From assembly GCA_003223165.1 (NCBI GenBank), contig QHXZ01000026.1:18827-61385 (forward strand): a stretch of DNA of 42,559 bases, in the 5' to 3' direction. This DNA is from Acidobacteriota bacterium. GTDB taxonomy: Bacteria > Acidobacteriota > Polarisedimenticolia > Gp22-AA2. Position 1 is the stretch's first letter, and each line of letters begins with the position of its first letter. The position numbers and the translations under genes are program-made. Of the stretch, positions 30,855-39,375 are shown in pieces. The notes under the pieces were generated by a model, which was not told the origin of the DNA, did no database searches, and was given only the letters and a program-made list of their open reading frames with translations.

Positions 30855-32020
30855 GCGCGCTCCACGGCGCCCGCGTGCGCTTCGAGATCCGCCTGCCGCG
30901 CGACCGGATGATCCCCGACCGGCTGCGGCGTCTGGTGCGGCGCGCGCTCCTCTCCGCCCGCGCCCCGGCCCTCTTCACCCTCGGCCTCTTGCGATGGCGC
31001 CGGAGCGCGCCGCCGTCGCCTTCGCGCGTGGGGCGCATCCTGGTGGTCCGCACCGACAGGCTGGGCGACATGGCGCTCACCGCAGCCTCCCTCCTGGATC
31101 TGCGCCGTCACTTCAAGAACGCCGAGATCACCGTCCTGGCGCCGCCCGCGCCGCTGGCGCTTCTCGAGGCCCATCCCGGCGTGGATCGCCGCGTGCCGCT
31201 GGGAGCCGCAGGCCTGCCGCGCGACCTCGTCGGCCGCTTCGACCTGGCGATCGACTTCACGCCCGACGCCGCGCTGCGCGGCGCCCTGCTGGTGAACCGC
31301 TCGCGGGCCCGCTACCGCATCGGCTTCGGCGCCGCCGGCCGCCAAGCCTGCTTCAACCTCAAGGGGCCATGGGCCGACCCGGCCCGCCACGTGGTGGACC
31401 TGAACCGCGACCTGATCGCCGCCCTGGGCGCGACCCCGGTCGCGGCCTGTCCTTCGCTCTACGTCACCGCTCAGGAGAAGGGCGAGGCCCAGAGCCGCCT
31501 CGCCGGCCTGGGGGCGGCGTCGCCGCGGGTCGCCCTCCACCCGGGCGGTCACTACCCCTCCCAGCGCTGGGGCCCCGAACGGTTCGCGGATCTGATCTCC
31601 GAGCTGACCGGACGGACCGGCGCCGCCTGCATCGTGATGGCGGGGCCGGGCGAGGACGACCTGGTGCGCCGCATCTGCGCCGCCACCCCCGACGCCCTCG
31701 CGCTCGGGGCGCTGCCGGTGCGCGGCCTGATGGCCTGCCTGGCCTCGTGCGACCTCTTCATCGGCAACAACTCGGGCCCGCTGCACGTGGCGACGGCGCT
31801 CGGCCTGCCCACCGTGTCGTTGATGGGTCCGACCGACCCGGCGCGTTTCTCGCCGCGCGGCCCCGCCGATCGTGTCCTGCGGCGCGACCTCCCCTGCTCT
31901 CCCTGCGATCGAGGGCGGTGCTGGCACCACACCTGCCTGCGCGCCATCGAGCCCGAGGAGGTCCTGCGTGAAGCGGAGGCCGCCCTCGCCTCGCGTCTCG
32001 TCCTGCCGGAGGCCCGATGA
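30851..32020 (+). CDS. Glycosyltransferase family 9 (heptosyltransferase-like)
   Basis: 389 aa with ILVVRTDRLGDMALT, HPGGHYPSQRW and LFIGNNSGPLHVATALGLPTVSLMGPTDP. About 65 aa of basic N-terminal extension precede the GT9 core. Confidence 0.85.
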   Translation: MSALHGARVRFEIRLPRDRMIPDRLRRLVRRALLSARAPALFTLGLLRWRRSAPPSPSRVGRILVVRTDRLGDMALTAASLLDLRRHFKNAEITVLAPPAPLALLEAHPGVDRRVPLGAAGLPRDLVGRFDLAIDFTPDAALRGALLVNRSRARYRIGFGAAGRQACFNLKGPWADPARHVVDLNRDLIAALGATPVAACPSLYVTAQEKGEAQSRLAGLGAASPRVALHPGGHYPSQRWGPERFADLISELTGRTGAACIVMAGPGEDDLVRRICAATPDALALGALPVRGLMACLASCDLFIGNNSGPLHVATALGLPTVSLMGPTDPARFSPRGPADRVLRRDLPCSPCDRGRCWHHTCLRAIEPEEVLREAEAALASRLVLPEAR

Positions 32021-33291
32021 CCGCCACGGCCGCGCTGCGCCACCCGGGCGGCCACCGGCCGCCGGAGCCGTCGGGCGTGCCCCGCGCGCGCCCGCTCTCC
32101 GTGGTGCACCTGATCACCCGCCTGGAGCGCGGCGGCTCATCCGACTGCACGCTCCTGCAGGCGCTGGGCGCCGCGCGCCGCGGCCACCGCGTCACCGTCG
32201 CCAGCGGGCCGAGCCGGGAGCCCAGCCTGCTTCTCGAGGCGGCCCGAAGGCAACCGCGCCTGCGGCTGGTGGAGATCCCCACGCTGGCGCGCCGGCCGTG
32301 CCCGATCGACGACGCCAGGGCCCTGGTGGCGATCGTCCGCCTCCTGCGGGCCGAGCCGTGCGACGTCCTCCACACGCACACCTCGAAGGCCGGCGCGCTG
32401 GGGCGGCTGGCGGCGGCGCTTCTCGGCCGGCGCCGCACCGTGGTGCACCAGCCGCATGGCCATCTCTTCTACGGCTACTACGGCCGGCTGGGGAGCGCCC
32501 TGGTGGTGCTCGCCGAGCGGCTGCTCGCGCCTCTGGCGCGCCTGCAAATCGCGCTCTCCTGGCGGGGCGCCGAGGAGCACCTCGGCCGCGGCATCGGAAG
32601 GCCGGGCGGCTTCCGGGTGGTGCGCTCGGGGATCGACCTGCGTCCCTGCCGCCGGGCGCGGCAGGGGCGCGACGCCTGCCGCGCGCGGCTCGGCTACCGG
32701 GCGGATGACTTCGTGGTCGGCAGCCTGGGCCGTCTCGAGGCGATCAAGGGAGCCGGGGACCTGCTGCGGGGCTTCCTCCTGGCGGCCGCGCGGCGGCCGC
32801 GCCTGCGTCTCTTCCTGGGGGGCGACGGCCCGCTGCGCGCCTCCCTGGGGGAGCTGGCGCGGGCCTCGGGCCTTCGCGACAGGGTGACGATCGGCGGCGC
32901 CTGGGTGGCGCCGGGATCGGTGCTGCCCGCCTTCGATCTCTTCGTCCTCGCCTCGCGCAACGAGGGGATGGGCCGGGCGCTGGTCGAGGCGATGGCGACC
33001 GGCCTGCCGGTCGTGGCCTCCGCCGTGGGCGGGGTGCCGGAGGTCCTCGAGGAAGGAGGCTGCGGGCTGCTGATCCCTCCGGGCGACCCGGAGGCGATCG
33101 CGCTGGCGATCGGACGCCTGGCGGACGATGAGGCGCTGGCCGCCGCTCTCGCGCGGCGCGCCCGGGGCCGCGCGCTCGCCTTCGGCGCCGGGCGCATGGT
33201 GCGGACGCTGCTCGAGGTCTACCGCGAGGTCTTCTCGCCTGCCTCCTGCTGGCCGCCCCTCCGGCCCTCGCCCAGGATGAAACGGGGCTGA
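32017..33291 (+). CDS. Glycosyltransferase family 4
   Basis: 424 aa with VVHLITRLERGGSS and ASRNEGMGRALVEAMATGLPVVASAVGGVPEVLEEGGCGLLIPP. The last ~18 aa (SPASCWPPLRPSPRMKRG) look like read-through past the conserved end. Confidence 0.88.
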   Translation: MTATAALRHPGGHRPPEPSGVPRARPLSVVHLITRLERGGSSDCTLLQALGAARRGHRVTVASGPSREPSLLLEAARRQPRLRLVEIPTLARRPCPIDDARALVAIVRLLRAEPCDVLHTHTSKAGALGRLAAALLGRRRTVVHQPHGHLFYGYYGRLGSALVVLAERLLAPLARLQIALSWRGAEEHLGRGIGRPGGFRVVRSGIDLRPCRRARQGRDACRARLGYRADDFVVGSLGRLEAIKGAGDLLRGFLLAAARRPRLRLFLGGDGPLRASLGELARASGLRDRVTIGGAWVAPGSVLPAFDLFVLASRNEGMGRALVEAMATGLPVVASAVGGVPEVLEEGGCGLLIPPGDPEAIALAIGRLADDEALAAALARRARGRALAFGAGRMVRTLLEVYREVFSPASCWPPLRPSPRMKRG

Positions 33292-33305
33292 CCGACCTGG
33301 TCGCG

Positions 33306-34673
33306 GTGATCCATCTGCACTCGACCTTCTCCGACGGGGCCGCCTCGCCCGCCGTGATGGCCCGCGCCGCGCGCGCCGCCGGAGTCGACGCCATCGTGCT
33401 GACGGACCACCTCCTGCAACGGGTTCGCTACGCGCCGTGGCCGCTGGGCAACGTGATGGGGGTGGCGGTGTCGCGCCCGTCGGTGCTCTCTCACGGCGTC
33501 GCCCGGTACCTCACGGCCCTGGCGCGCGCCGAGGGCGAGGCGCCCGGAACGCTGGTGCTGCCCGGCGTGGAGACCAGCCCCTATTCGCGCTTCGGCGGCT
33601 CGCCGCTCGCAGGGAGCCTGGAGCTCCAGGGGTGGCACCGGCACCTGCTCGTCCTGGGGATCGACGACTCGGCCGGACTCGCGCTCCTGCCGGCCGCCGG
33701 CAATCGCGCCGCCTGGATCTACGGACCCTGGTCGCTGCTCTACCTGCTGCCCGCCGCGGCGCTGGCCTGGTCGGCGCGCCGCCTGGCGCGCCCAGGATAC
33801 GAGGAGGCGCGCCTGGGCGCCTTCCGGCTGCGCCAGCGAAGGCGTCACCTGGGAGCGATCCTGATCGGGATCGCCGCCCTGGCGGCCCTTGTCGCCGGCT
33901 TCCCGTTCCGGATCGAACGTTACAGCCCGGTCGGCCCCGATCCGGGCGCGGCCCCGTTCCAGGCCATGATCGATGCGGTGCGCGCCCGCGGGGGGATCAC
34001 CGTCTGGGCCCATCCCGAGGCGCGCGCGGAGGACACCCTGCAGGGCGTCCACCTGTTCACCGCCCCTTACCCGGCCCTGGTGCGCGAGACGGACGCCGAC
34101 GGCTTCGCGGCCCTCCCCGAAGGGGTGAAAGAGCTCCTGCCGCCCGGCGGAATCTGGGACCAGGCGCTGTCGGACTTCGTGGCCGGCCGCCGCGCCCATC
34201 CGCCCCGGGCCATCGCGGAGCTGGACGAGCACCACGCGCCACCGGCCGTCGACTTCGGGATCCTGCAGACCGTCTTCCAGGTGCGGCAAAGCACCCATGC
34301 CGGGATCCTCGAGGCCCTGCGGGCCGGACGCCTCTATGCCCGCTGGACGCCTTCGGGCGCGCCGCCTCTGCGGCTTCTCTCCTTCAGCCTCGCCGCCCGG
34401 GGGCGGAGCGCGGGCGCCGGCGGCGCGCTGCCTTTGCCATCAGGGCCGCTGTCGGTGCGCTTCGCGGTCGGCGGGGGCGGCGGCGCCGTCACCGCGCGGC
34501 TGGTGCGCGGGGGCGCGGTGATCTGGACCCGGCGGGTGGTGCCCCCCTTCAGCGCCGAAGTGGAGGATGACCCGGGAGGCGCGACGTTCTACCGTCTCGA
34601 TCTCGAGGGGGCCTACCCGTACCGGCTGATCGCCAACCCGATCTTCGTGGCAGCGCGCCAGGAGGCGGCATGA
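33306..34673 (+). CDS. PHP-domain (polymerase/histidinol-phosphatase family) metal-dependent phosphoesterase with two internal TM-like segments
   Basis: 455 aa. It starts at GTG with VIHLHSTFSDGAASP...AIVLTDH (PHP H-x-H motif and downstream His). Later motifs are ITVWAHPE and ELDEHH. Hydrophobic stretches: WSLLYLLPAAALAWSA and LGAILIGIAALAALVAGFPF. Confidence 0.65.
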   Translation: MIHLHSTFSDGAASPAVMARAARAAGVDAIVLTDHLLQRVRYAPWPLGNVMGVAVSRPSVLSHGVARYLTALARAEGEAPGTLVLPGVETSPYSRFGGSPLAGSLELQGWHRHLLVLGIDDSAGLALLPAAGNRAAWIYGPWSLLYLLPAAALAWSARRLARPGYEEARLGAFRLRQRRRHLGAILIGIAALAALVAGFPFRIERYSPVGPDPGAAPFQAMIDAVRARGGITVWAHPEARAEDTLQGVHLFTAPYPALVRETDADGFAALPEGVKELLPPGGIWDQALSDFVAGRRAHPPRAIAELDEHHAPPAVDFGILQTVFQVRQSTHAGILEALRAGRLYARWTPSGAPPLRLLSFSLAARGRSAGAGGALPLPSGPLSVRFAVGGGGGAVTARLVRGGAVIWTRRVVPPFSAEVEDDPGGATFYRLDLEGAYPYRLIANPIFVAARQEAA

Positions 34674-35371
34674 GGCTCGCGGCGCATCAGCCCCAGTACC
34701 TGCCCTGGCTCGGCTACTTCGACAAGATGGACCGGGTGGACCGCTTCGTGCTGCTCGACACGGTGCAGTTCAAGAAGAACGAGTGGCAGAACCGCAACCG
34801 CATCCGCACCTCCCAGGGATGGCAGTGGCTGACCGTCCCGGTGCACCACCGCTTCCCGATGGCCCTCGACGAGGTGACCATCGACGAGCGCTCCTCCTGG
34901 CGGCGCAAGCATCGCGAAGGCTTACGCCAGCAGTACGCCCGCGCCCCTTTCCGCGACACCGTCCTGCCTGCGCTCGAGGCCCTGCTCGAGGAGTCGTTCC
35001 CGAACCTGGCGGCCCTCAACATACGCACCGTGACGGTCCTGGCGGGCCTGCTGGGCGTGCGCACGCCGATCCTCCTCGCCTCCACCCTCGCGGACCTTCC
35101 CGCCGATCCCGGGGCGAATGAGCGCCTGATCGCGCTGTGCGGCCGCCTCGGCTGCTCGACGTACCTGGCGGGCGACGGCGGCGAGGCGTACATGGACCTG
35201 GAGGCCTATCGCCGCGCGGGCATCCGGGTGGAGTTCCAGGGCTTCCGCCATCCCACCTATCGCCAGGTGCACGACGGTTTCGAGCCGAACCTCTCCGCGG
35301 TCGACATCCTGATGAACCTGGGGCGCGGGGCGATCCGCCGCCTGCGGGAGAGCCGGGAGGTGGCGGTATGA
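34670..35371 (+). CDS. WbqC-family protein
   Basis: 233 aa. MRLAAHQPQYLPWLGYFDKMDRVDRFVLLDTVQFKKNEWQNRNRIRT..GWQWLTVPV is the characteristic WbqC N-terminus. ATGA overlap. Confidence 0.82.
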   Translation: MRLAAHQPQYLPWLGYFDKMDRVDRFVLLDTVQFKKNEWQNRNRIRTSQGWQWLTVPVHHRFPMALDEVTIDERSSWRRKHREGLRQQYARAPFRDTVLPALEALLEESFPNLAALNIRTVTVLAGLLGVRTPILLASTLADLPADPGANERLIALCGRLGCSTYLAGDGGEAYMDLEAYRRAGIRVEFQGFRHPTYRQVHDGFEPNLSAVDILMNLGRGAIRRLRESREVAV

Positions 35372-36039
35372 ACATCCTGGCGATCGGCGCCCATCCGGAC
35401 GACGTGGAGTTCGGCTGCGGCGGGACGCTCATCAAGTACGCCGCCAAGGGAGCCCGCATCGACCTCCTGGTGATGACCGACGGCGCGCGCGGCGGGCGCG
35501 CCCGCACGCGGCGGCGGGAGCAGATCGAGGCGGCGCGCGTCCTGGGCGCGCGCCGGGTGCACTGGGGCGGGTACCGCGACACCCTCCTGCCTTCGGTGCG
35601 GCGGCTCATCGATCGGATGGAGAGGGTGATGCACACGCTCGATCCCGACTTCATCTTCGTCAATTTCCCCGAGGACACGCATCAGGACCACCGCGAGGTG
35701 GCGCGGGCCGCCATCTCCGCCACGCGCTACACGCGCAACGTCCTGTTCTACGAGGGGCCGACGACGGTGAACTTCACCCCGACGGTGTTCATCGACATCG
35801 GCGGCGAGATCGAGCGCAAGATCGAGTCGCTGCGCCGGCACCGGAGCCAGGTGTCGCGCACCCGCATCGAGTCCACTCCGATCTGCGAGATCGCCCAGGC
35901 CTCGGCCCACTTCCGCGGCGTCCAGGGGCGCGTGCGCTGGGCGGAGGGGTTCGCCCCCCTGCGCCTGTTCATCAACATCACCGACGGCGGCATAGGACCC
36001 GGGAGGGCCGGCACGACACGCAAGGGGGAGCGCCGGTGA
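35368..36039 (+). CDS. PIG-L/LmbE-family N-acetylglucosaminyl deacetylase
   Basis: In-frame tail of track ORF 35137..36039. MNILAIGAHPDDVEFGCGGTLIKY (AHPDDxExGxGG) and HQDH are present. ATGA overlap upstream and GTGA downstream. Confidence 0.87.
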   Translation: MNILAIGAHPDDVEFGCGGTLIKYAAKGARIDLLVMTDGARGGRARTRRREQIEAARVLGARRVHWGGYRDTLLPSVRRLIDRMERVMHTLDPDFIFVNFPEDTHQDHREVARAAISATRYTRNVLFYEGPTTVNFTPTVFIDIGGEIERKIESLRRHRSQVSRTRIESTPICEIAQASAHFRGVQGRVRWAEGFAPLRLFINITDGGIGPGRAGTTRKGERR

Positions 36040-37124
36040 CCGCCTCCTCCGCCCGCGCGCTCACCTCCGGCCGCGGCCTGGTGCCGCACTCCCGTCCCTG
36101 CCTCGGCGGCGAGGAGGAAGAGGCCGCCCTGCGGGTCCTGCGCGCCGCCCGCCTCGCTCCCGGCGCCGAGGCCGCCCGCTGCGAGGCGCTGGTCGCGAGG
36201 CTTTCCGACGCGGCCGACGCGGTGGCCCTGTCCTCGGGCACGCTGGCCCTCGCCCTCGCCCTGCGCGTCCTGGGCCTGACGCCCCGCGACCGCGTCGCCC
36301 TGCCCAGCTACGCCTGCGCCGCCCTGCTGCACGCCGTGCGCGCCGCGGGGGCCGAGCCCCTGGTGTGCGACATCGACCCCGCCACCCTCGCCCTCGATGC
36401 CGACGACGTGGCGCGGCGCGCGGGCTCCCATCCCCCGAGGGCCGCGATCCTGGTTCATCCCTTCGGTCTGCCGGCTCGCGTCGAGCCGTTCCGCGCGCGC
36501 GGCTGGCTCGTCGTGGAGGACTGCGCGCAGGCGCTGGGCGCGATCTCGGTCGATCGGCCCGTGGGGGCGCGCGGGGACGCCGGTGTCTTCTCGTTCGGCC
36601 CCACCAAGATGGTCACCTGCGGCGGGCCGGGCGGGGCCCTCGCCTCGTCCCAGGCGTCGCTCGTGCGGGCCGCCCGCGACCTGGCCGGGCACGACGAAAA
36701 GGAACGGGACGCGGCGCGGGTGAACGGGCTCATGGGCGACCTGCACGCCGCCATCGCCTGCGCGCAGCTGGGCCGCCTGCGCGAGTTCGTGGCGCGCCGC
36801 GCCGCCATCGCCGCGTCGTACGACCAGGCCTTCGCGCCGCTCGGCCTGCGGCGCCCGGCGGCCCCCGACGGCGCGCGCCCCGTGCCCTACCGCTACCTGG
36901 TGCGCGTGCCGGAGGCGGAGGCGTTCATCGCGCGGCTCAACCGGCGGGGCGTCGCGGCCCGCCACCCCGTCTTCCTCCCGCTGCACCGGCTGGCCTCATC
37001 GCCCGGGTCCTTCCCCGCCACGGAAGGCGCCCGGAAGGAGCTGGTCTCCCTGCCGCTCTACCCCGCCCTCACCGAGGCCGAGGTGGCGCGGGTGATCCGC
37101 GAGGTGACGCAATGCCGGCCCTAG
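36036..37124 (+). CDS. DegT/DnrJ/EryC1/StrS-family PLP-dependent sugar aminotransferase
   Basis: 362 aa with VALSSGTLALALAL, VVEDCAQALGA and FSFGPTKMVTCG (PLP lysine). Confidence 0.9.
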   Translation: MTASSARALTSGRGLVPHSRPCLGGEEEEAALRVLRAARLAPGAEAARCEALVARLSDAADAVALSSGTLALALALRVLGLTPRDRVALPSYACAALLHAVRAAGAEPLVCDIDPATLALDADDVARRAGSHPPRAAILVHPFGLPARVEPFRARGWLVVEDCAQALGAISVDRPVGARGDAGVFSFGPTKMVTCGGPGGALASSQASLVRAARDLAGHDEKERDAARVNGLMGDLHAAIACAQLGRLREFVARRAAIAASYDQAFAPLGLRRPAAPDGARPVPYRYLVRVPEAEAFIARLNRRGVAARHPVFLPLHRLASSPGSFPATEGARKELVSLPLYPALTEAEVARVIREVTQCRP

Positions 37125-38224
37125 CGCTCGTCGCGGTGGCCATCTGGCTCATGGGGCACCGGCCGGCCCCGGGGATCCCCGAGTCGGGAGCGGTCGCCTT
37201 CCTGGTCGCCTTCGGCCTGACCCCCTTCGTCCGCCTTCTGGCCGAGCGCACCGGCGCGCTCGACCGCCCGGACGAGCGCAAGCAGCACGGCGCGGCCACC
37301 CCGAAGCTGGGCGGGGTGGCGGTGATCGCCGGCTTCGTCCTGGCGCTCGGCCAGCGGCCCCTGGTCGATCACGAGCTGCTGGCGATCGCCGTGGCGGCGC
37401 TCCTGCTCATGCTCGCGGGCGCGGTGGACGACACCCGCGGCCTGTCGGCGCCCGTGCGCCTGGGCCTCCAGGTCCTCTGCGCCGTCGCGGTGATCGCCGC
37501 GGGGGTGCGCCTCGACCTGCTCCCCGGACCGGCGGGCGCGACGGTCAACGTGGCGCTCTCGGTGCTCTGGATCGTCGGCATCACCAACGCCTACAACTTC
37601 ATCGACGGCATCGACGGCCTGGCGGTCTCCCTGGGCGGCCTCATCGCCCTGCTCCTCGCCTTGGTGGGGCGCGGCAGCGGCCAGACGGGGCTGGTGCAGG
37701 TCTGCGCCGCCCTGGTCGGGGCGCTGCTCGGCTTCCTGCCCCATAACCTGAGGGTCGGCCGCCCCGCTTCGATCTTCCTCGGCGACTCCGGCAGCGCCAG
37801 CATCGGGTTCCTTCTGGCGGCCCTGGCGATCAAGGAGGACTGGGCCGAGGGGGACCCGCTCGTCGCCCTGGCCGCGCCGGTCCTGATCTTCAGCGTCCTG
37901 ATCTACGACATGGTGCGGACCACCGTGTCGCGCGTCGCCTCGGGCAAGGTGCGCGGCTTCCGCCAGTGGATCGACTACGTGGGCCGCGACCACATCCACC
38001 ATCGTTTCACCGACCTGCTCGGAAGCCCGCGCCGCGCGCTGGTGCTGATCCTCGCCCTGGCTCTCGGAGTCGGCCTGTCGGCCCTGGGTCTGCGCCACGG
38101 CAAGAGCGGCGAGGCGGTGCTCTTCCTGGTGCACGGCGCCCTCGTCCTTCTGGTCGTGGCCGTCCTCGAGACGGCGGCGATCCGGGCGCGCCCCGGCCCT
38201 CCGGGCCGCCCACCCGAGGCATGA
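37112..38224 (+). CDS. Polyprenyl-phosphate N-acetylhexosamine-1-phosphate transferase (MraY/WecA family), the initiating transferase
   Basis: In-frame tail of track ORF 36365..38224. Motifs: RKQHGAATPKLGG, AGAVDDTRGL, ITNAYNFIDGIDGLA, FLGDSGS. Polytopic membrane protein. Confidence 0.9.
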   Translation: MPALALVAVAIWLMGHRPAPGIPESGAVAFLVAFGLTPFVRLLAERTGALDRPDERKQHGAATPKLGGVAVIAGFVLALGQRPLVDHELLAIAVAALLLMLAGAVDDTRGLSAPVRLGLQVLCAVAVIAAGVRLDLLPGPAGATVNVALSVLWIVGITNAYNFIDGIDGLAVSLGGLIALLLALVGRGSGQTGLVQVCAALVGALLGFLPHNLRVGRPASIFLGDSGSASIGFLLAALAIKEDWAEGDPLVALAAPVLIFSVLIYDMVRTTVSRVASGKVRGFRQWIDYVGRDHIHHRFTDLLGSPRRALVLILALALGVGLSALGLRHGKSGEAVLFLVHGALVLLVVAVLETAAIRARPGPPGRPPEA

Positions 38225-39372
38225 GCGCCGTCGTCCTTCTGGCGGTCAACGACTTCCCACCGCTGCTCGGAGGGGAGGCCACCCTGTACCACGCACTGGC
38301 CCGCCACCTGCGGCCCGAGGAGGCGCTGGTGCTGGCCCCCCGCGCGCCGGGCGACGCCGCCGTGGACGGGCGGCTGGCGGTGCCGGTGGTCCGGCGCTGG
38401 CTGCCGGAGCATGGCGGCGTGCCGCGCCGCCTGGCGCGCAGCCTCCTCGCCGGCGCCCATATCGCCGCCTTGCTCGCCAGGCGCCGCGTGCGCTACATCG
38501 TCTGCGGGCAGCTCCTGTCGCTCGGCGCGCCGATCCGGCTCCTCGCCGGGCTGGCGGGGATCCCCTACGCCGTCATCGTCCATGGCGCGGACGTGGCCGA
38601 TTACCACGATCGGCCGCTCTGGGGACGGATGGCCCGCTGGGTCGTGTCGGGGGCCGAGGTGGTGCTGGCCAACAGCGGTTTCACCCTCGGCCTGCTCGAG
38701 CGCCTGCTGCCCGGCGCCGCCCGGCGCGCCGTCGTCCTGCCGCTCGGGGTCGACCCGGCGCGGCCCGTCGAGGAGGCGCGGCTCGCGGGGCTGCGCGAGC
38801 GTTACCGGATCGAAGAGGGCCCGGTCCTGCTCACGGTGGCGCGCCTGGTGCCGATGAAGGGGCAGGACACCGTGATCCGCGGCCTGCCCCGCCTGCTGGA
38901 GCGCTTTCCAGCCCTCACTTACCTGGTGGTGGGACGGGGGGAGCACCGGGAAAGCCTCGAGCGCCTGGCCCGCGAGACCGGCGTGGCGTCGCGGGTGGTG
39001 TTCGCGGGCGGCGTCCCGGCCGAGGAGCTTCCCGCCCACTACGCGCTGGCCACGCTCTTTGTGCAGCTCAGCCGCGCCACCGGGGGGTACGACGGGCTGG
39101 AGGGGTTCGGCCTGTCGTTCCTCGAAGCGGCGAGCCATGGGCTGCCCTGCATCGCCGGGAAGTCGGGGGGCGTTCCCGAGGCGGTCGAAGACGGGCAGAG
39201 CGGCCTGCTCATCCCCCCCGAGGACCCGGAGGCCTTCGTGCGGGCCGCCGCGGGCCTGCTCGCCGATCCGGACGAGCGCTCGCGGATGAGCCGGGCGGCG
39301 CGGCGCTGGGCCGCCGCCCATCCCTGGGAGCGCTCGGCGGCCTGCCTGCGATCGCTTCTCGGAGCGGCGTGA
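38221..39372 (+). CDS. Glycosyltransferase family 4
   Basis: In-frame tail of track ORF 37966..39372 with an ATGA overlap. Signature: EGFGLSFLEAASHGLPCIAGKSGGVPEAVEDGQSGLLIPP. Confidence 0.88.
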   Translation: MSAVVLLAVNDFPPLLGGEATLYHALARHLRPEEALVLAPRAPGDAAVDGRLAVPVVRRWLPEHGGVPRRLARSLLAGAHIAALLARRRVRYIVCGQLLSLGAPIRLLAGLAGIPYAVIVHGADVADYHDRPLWGRMARWVVSGAEVVLANSGFTLGLLERLLPGAARRAVVLPLGVDPARPVEEARLAGLRERYRIEEGPVLLTVARLVPMKGQDTVIRGLPRLLERFPALTYLVVGRGEHRESLERLARETGVASRVVFAGGVPAEELPAHYALATLFVQLSRATGGYDGLEGFGLSFLEAASHGLPCIAGKSGGVPEAVEDGQSGLLIPPEDPEAFVRAAAGLLADPDERSRMSRAARRWAAAHPWERSAACLRSLLGAA

Positions 39373-39375
39373 CGC

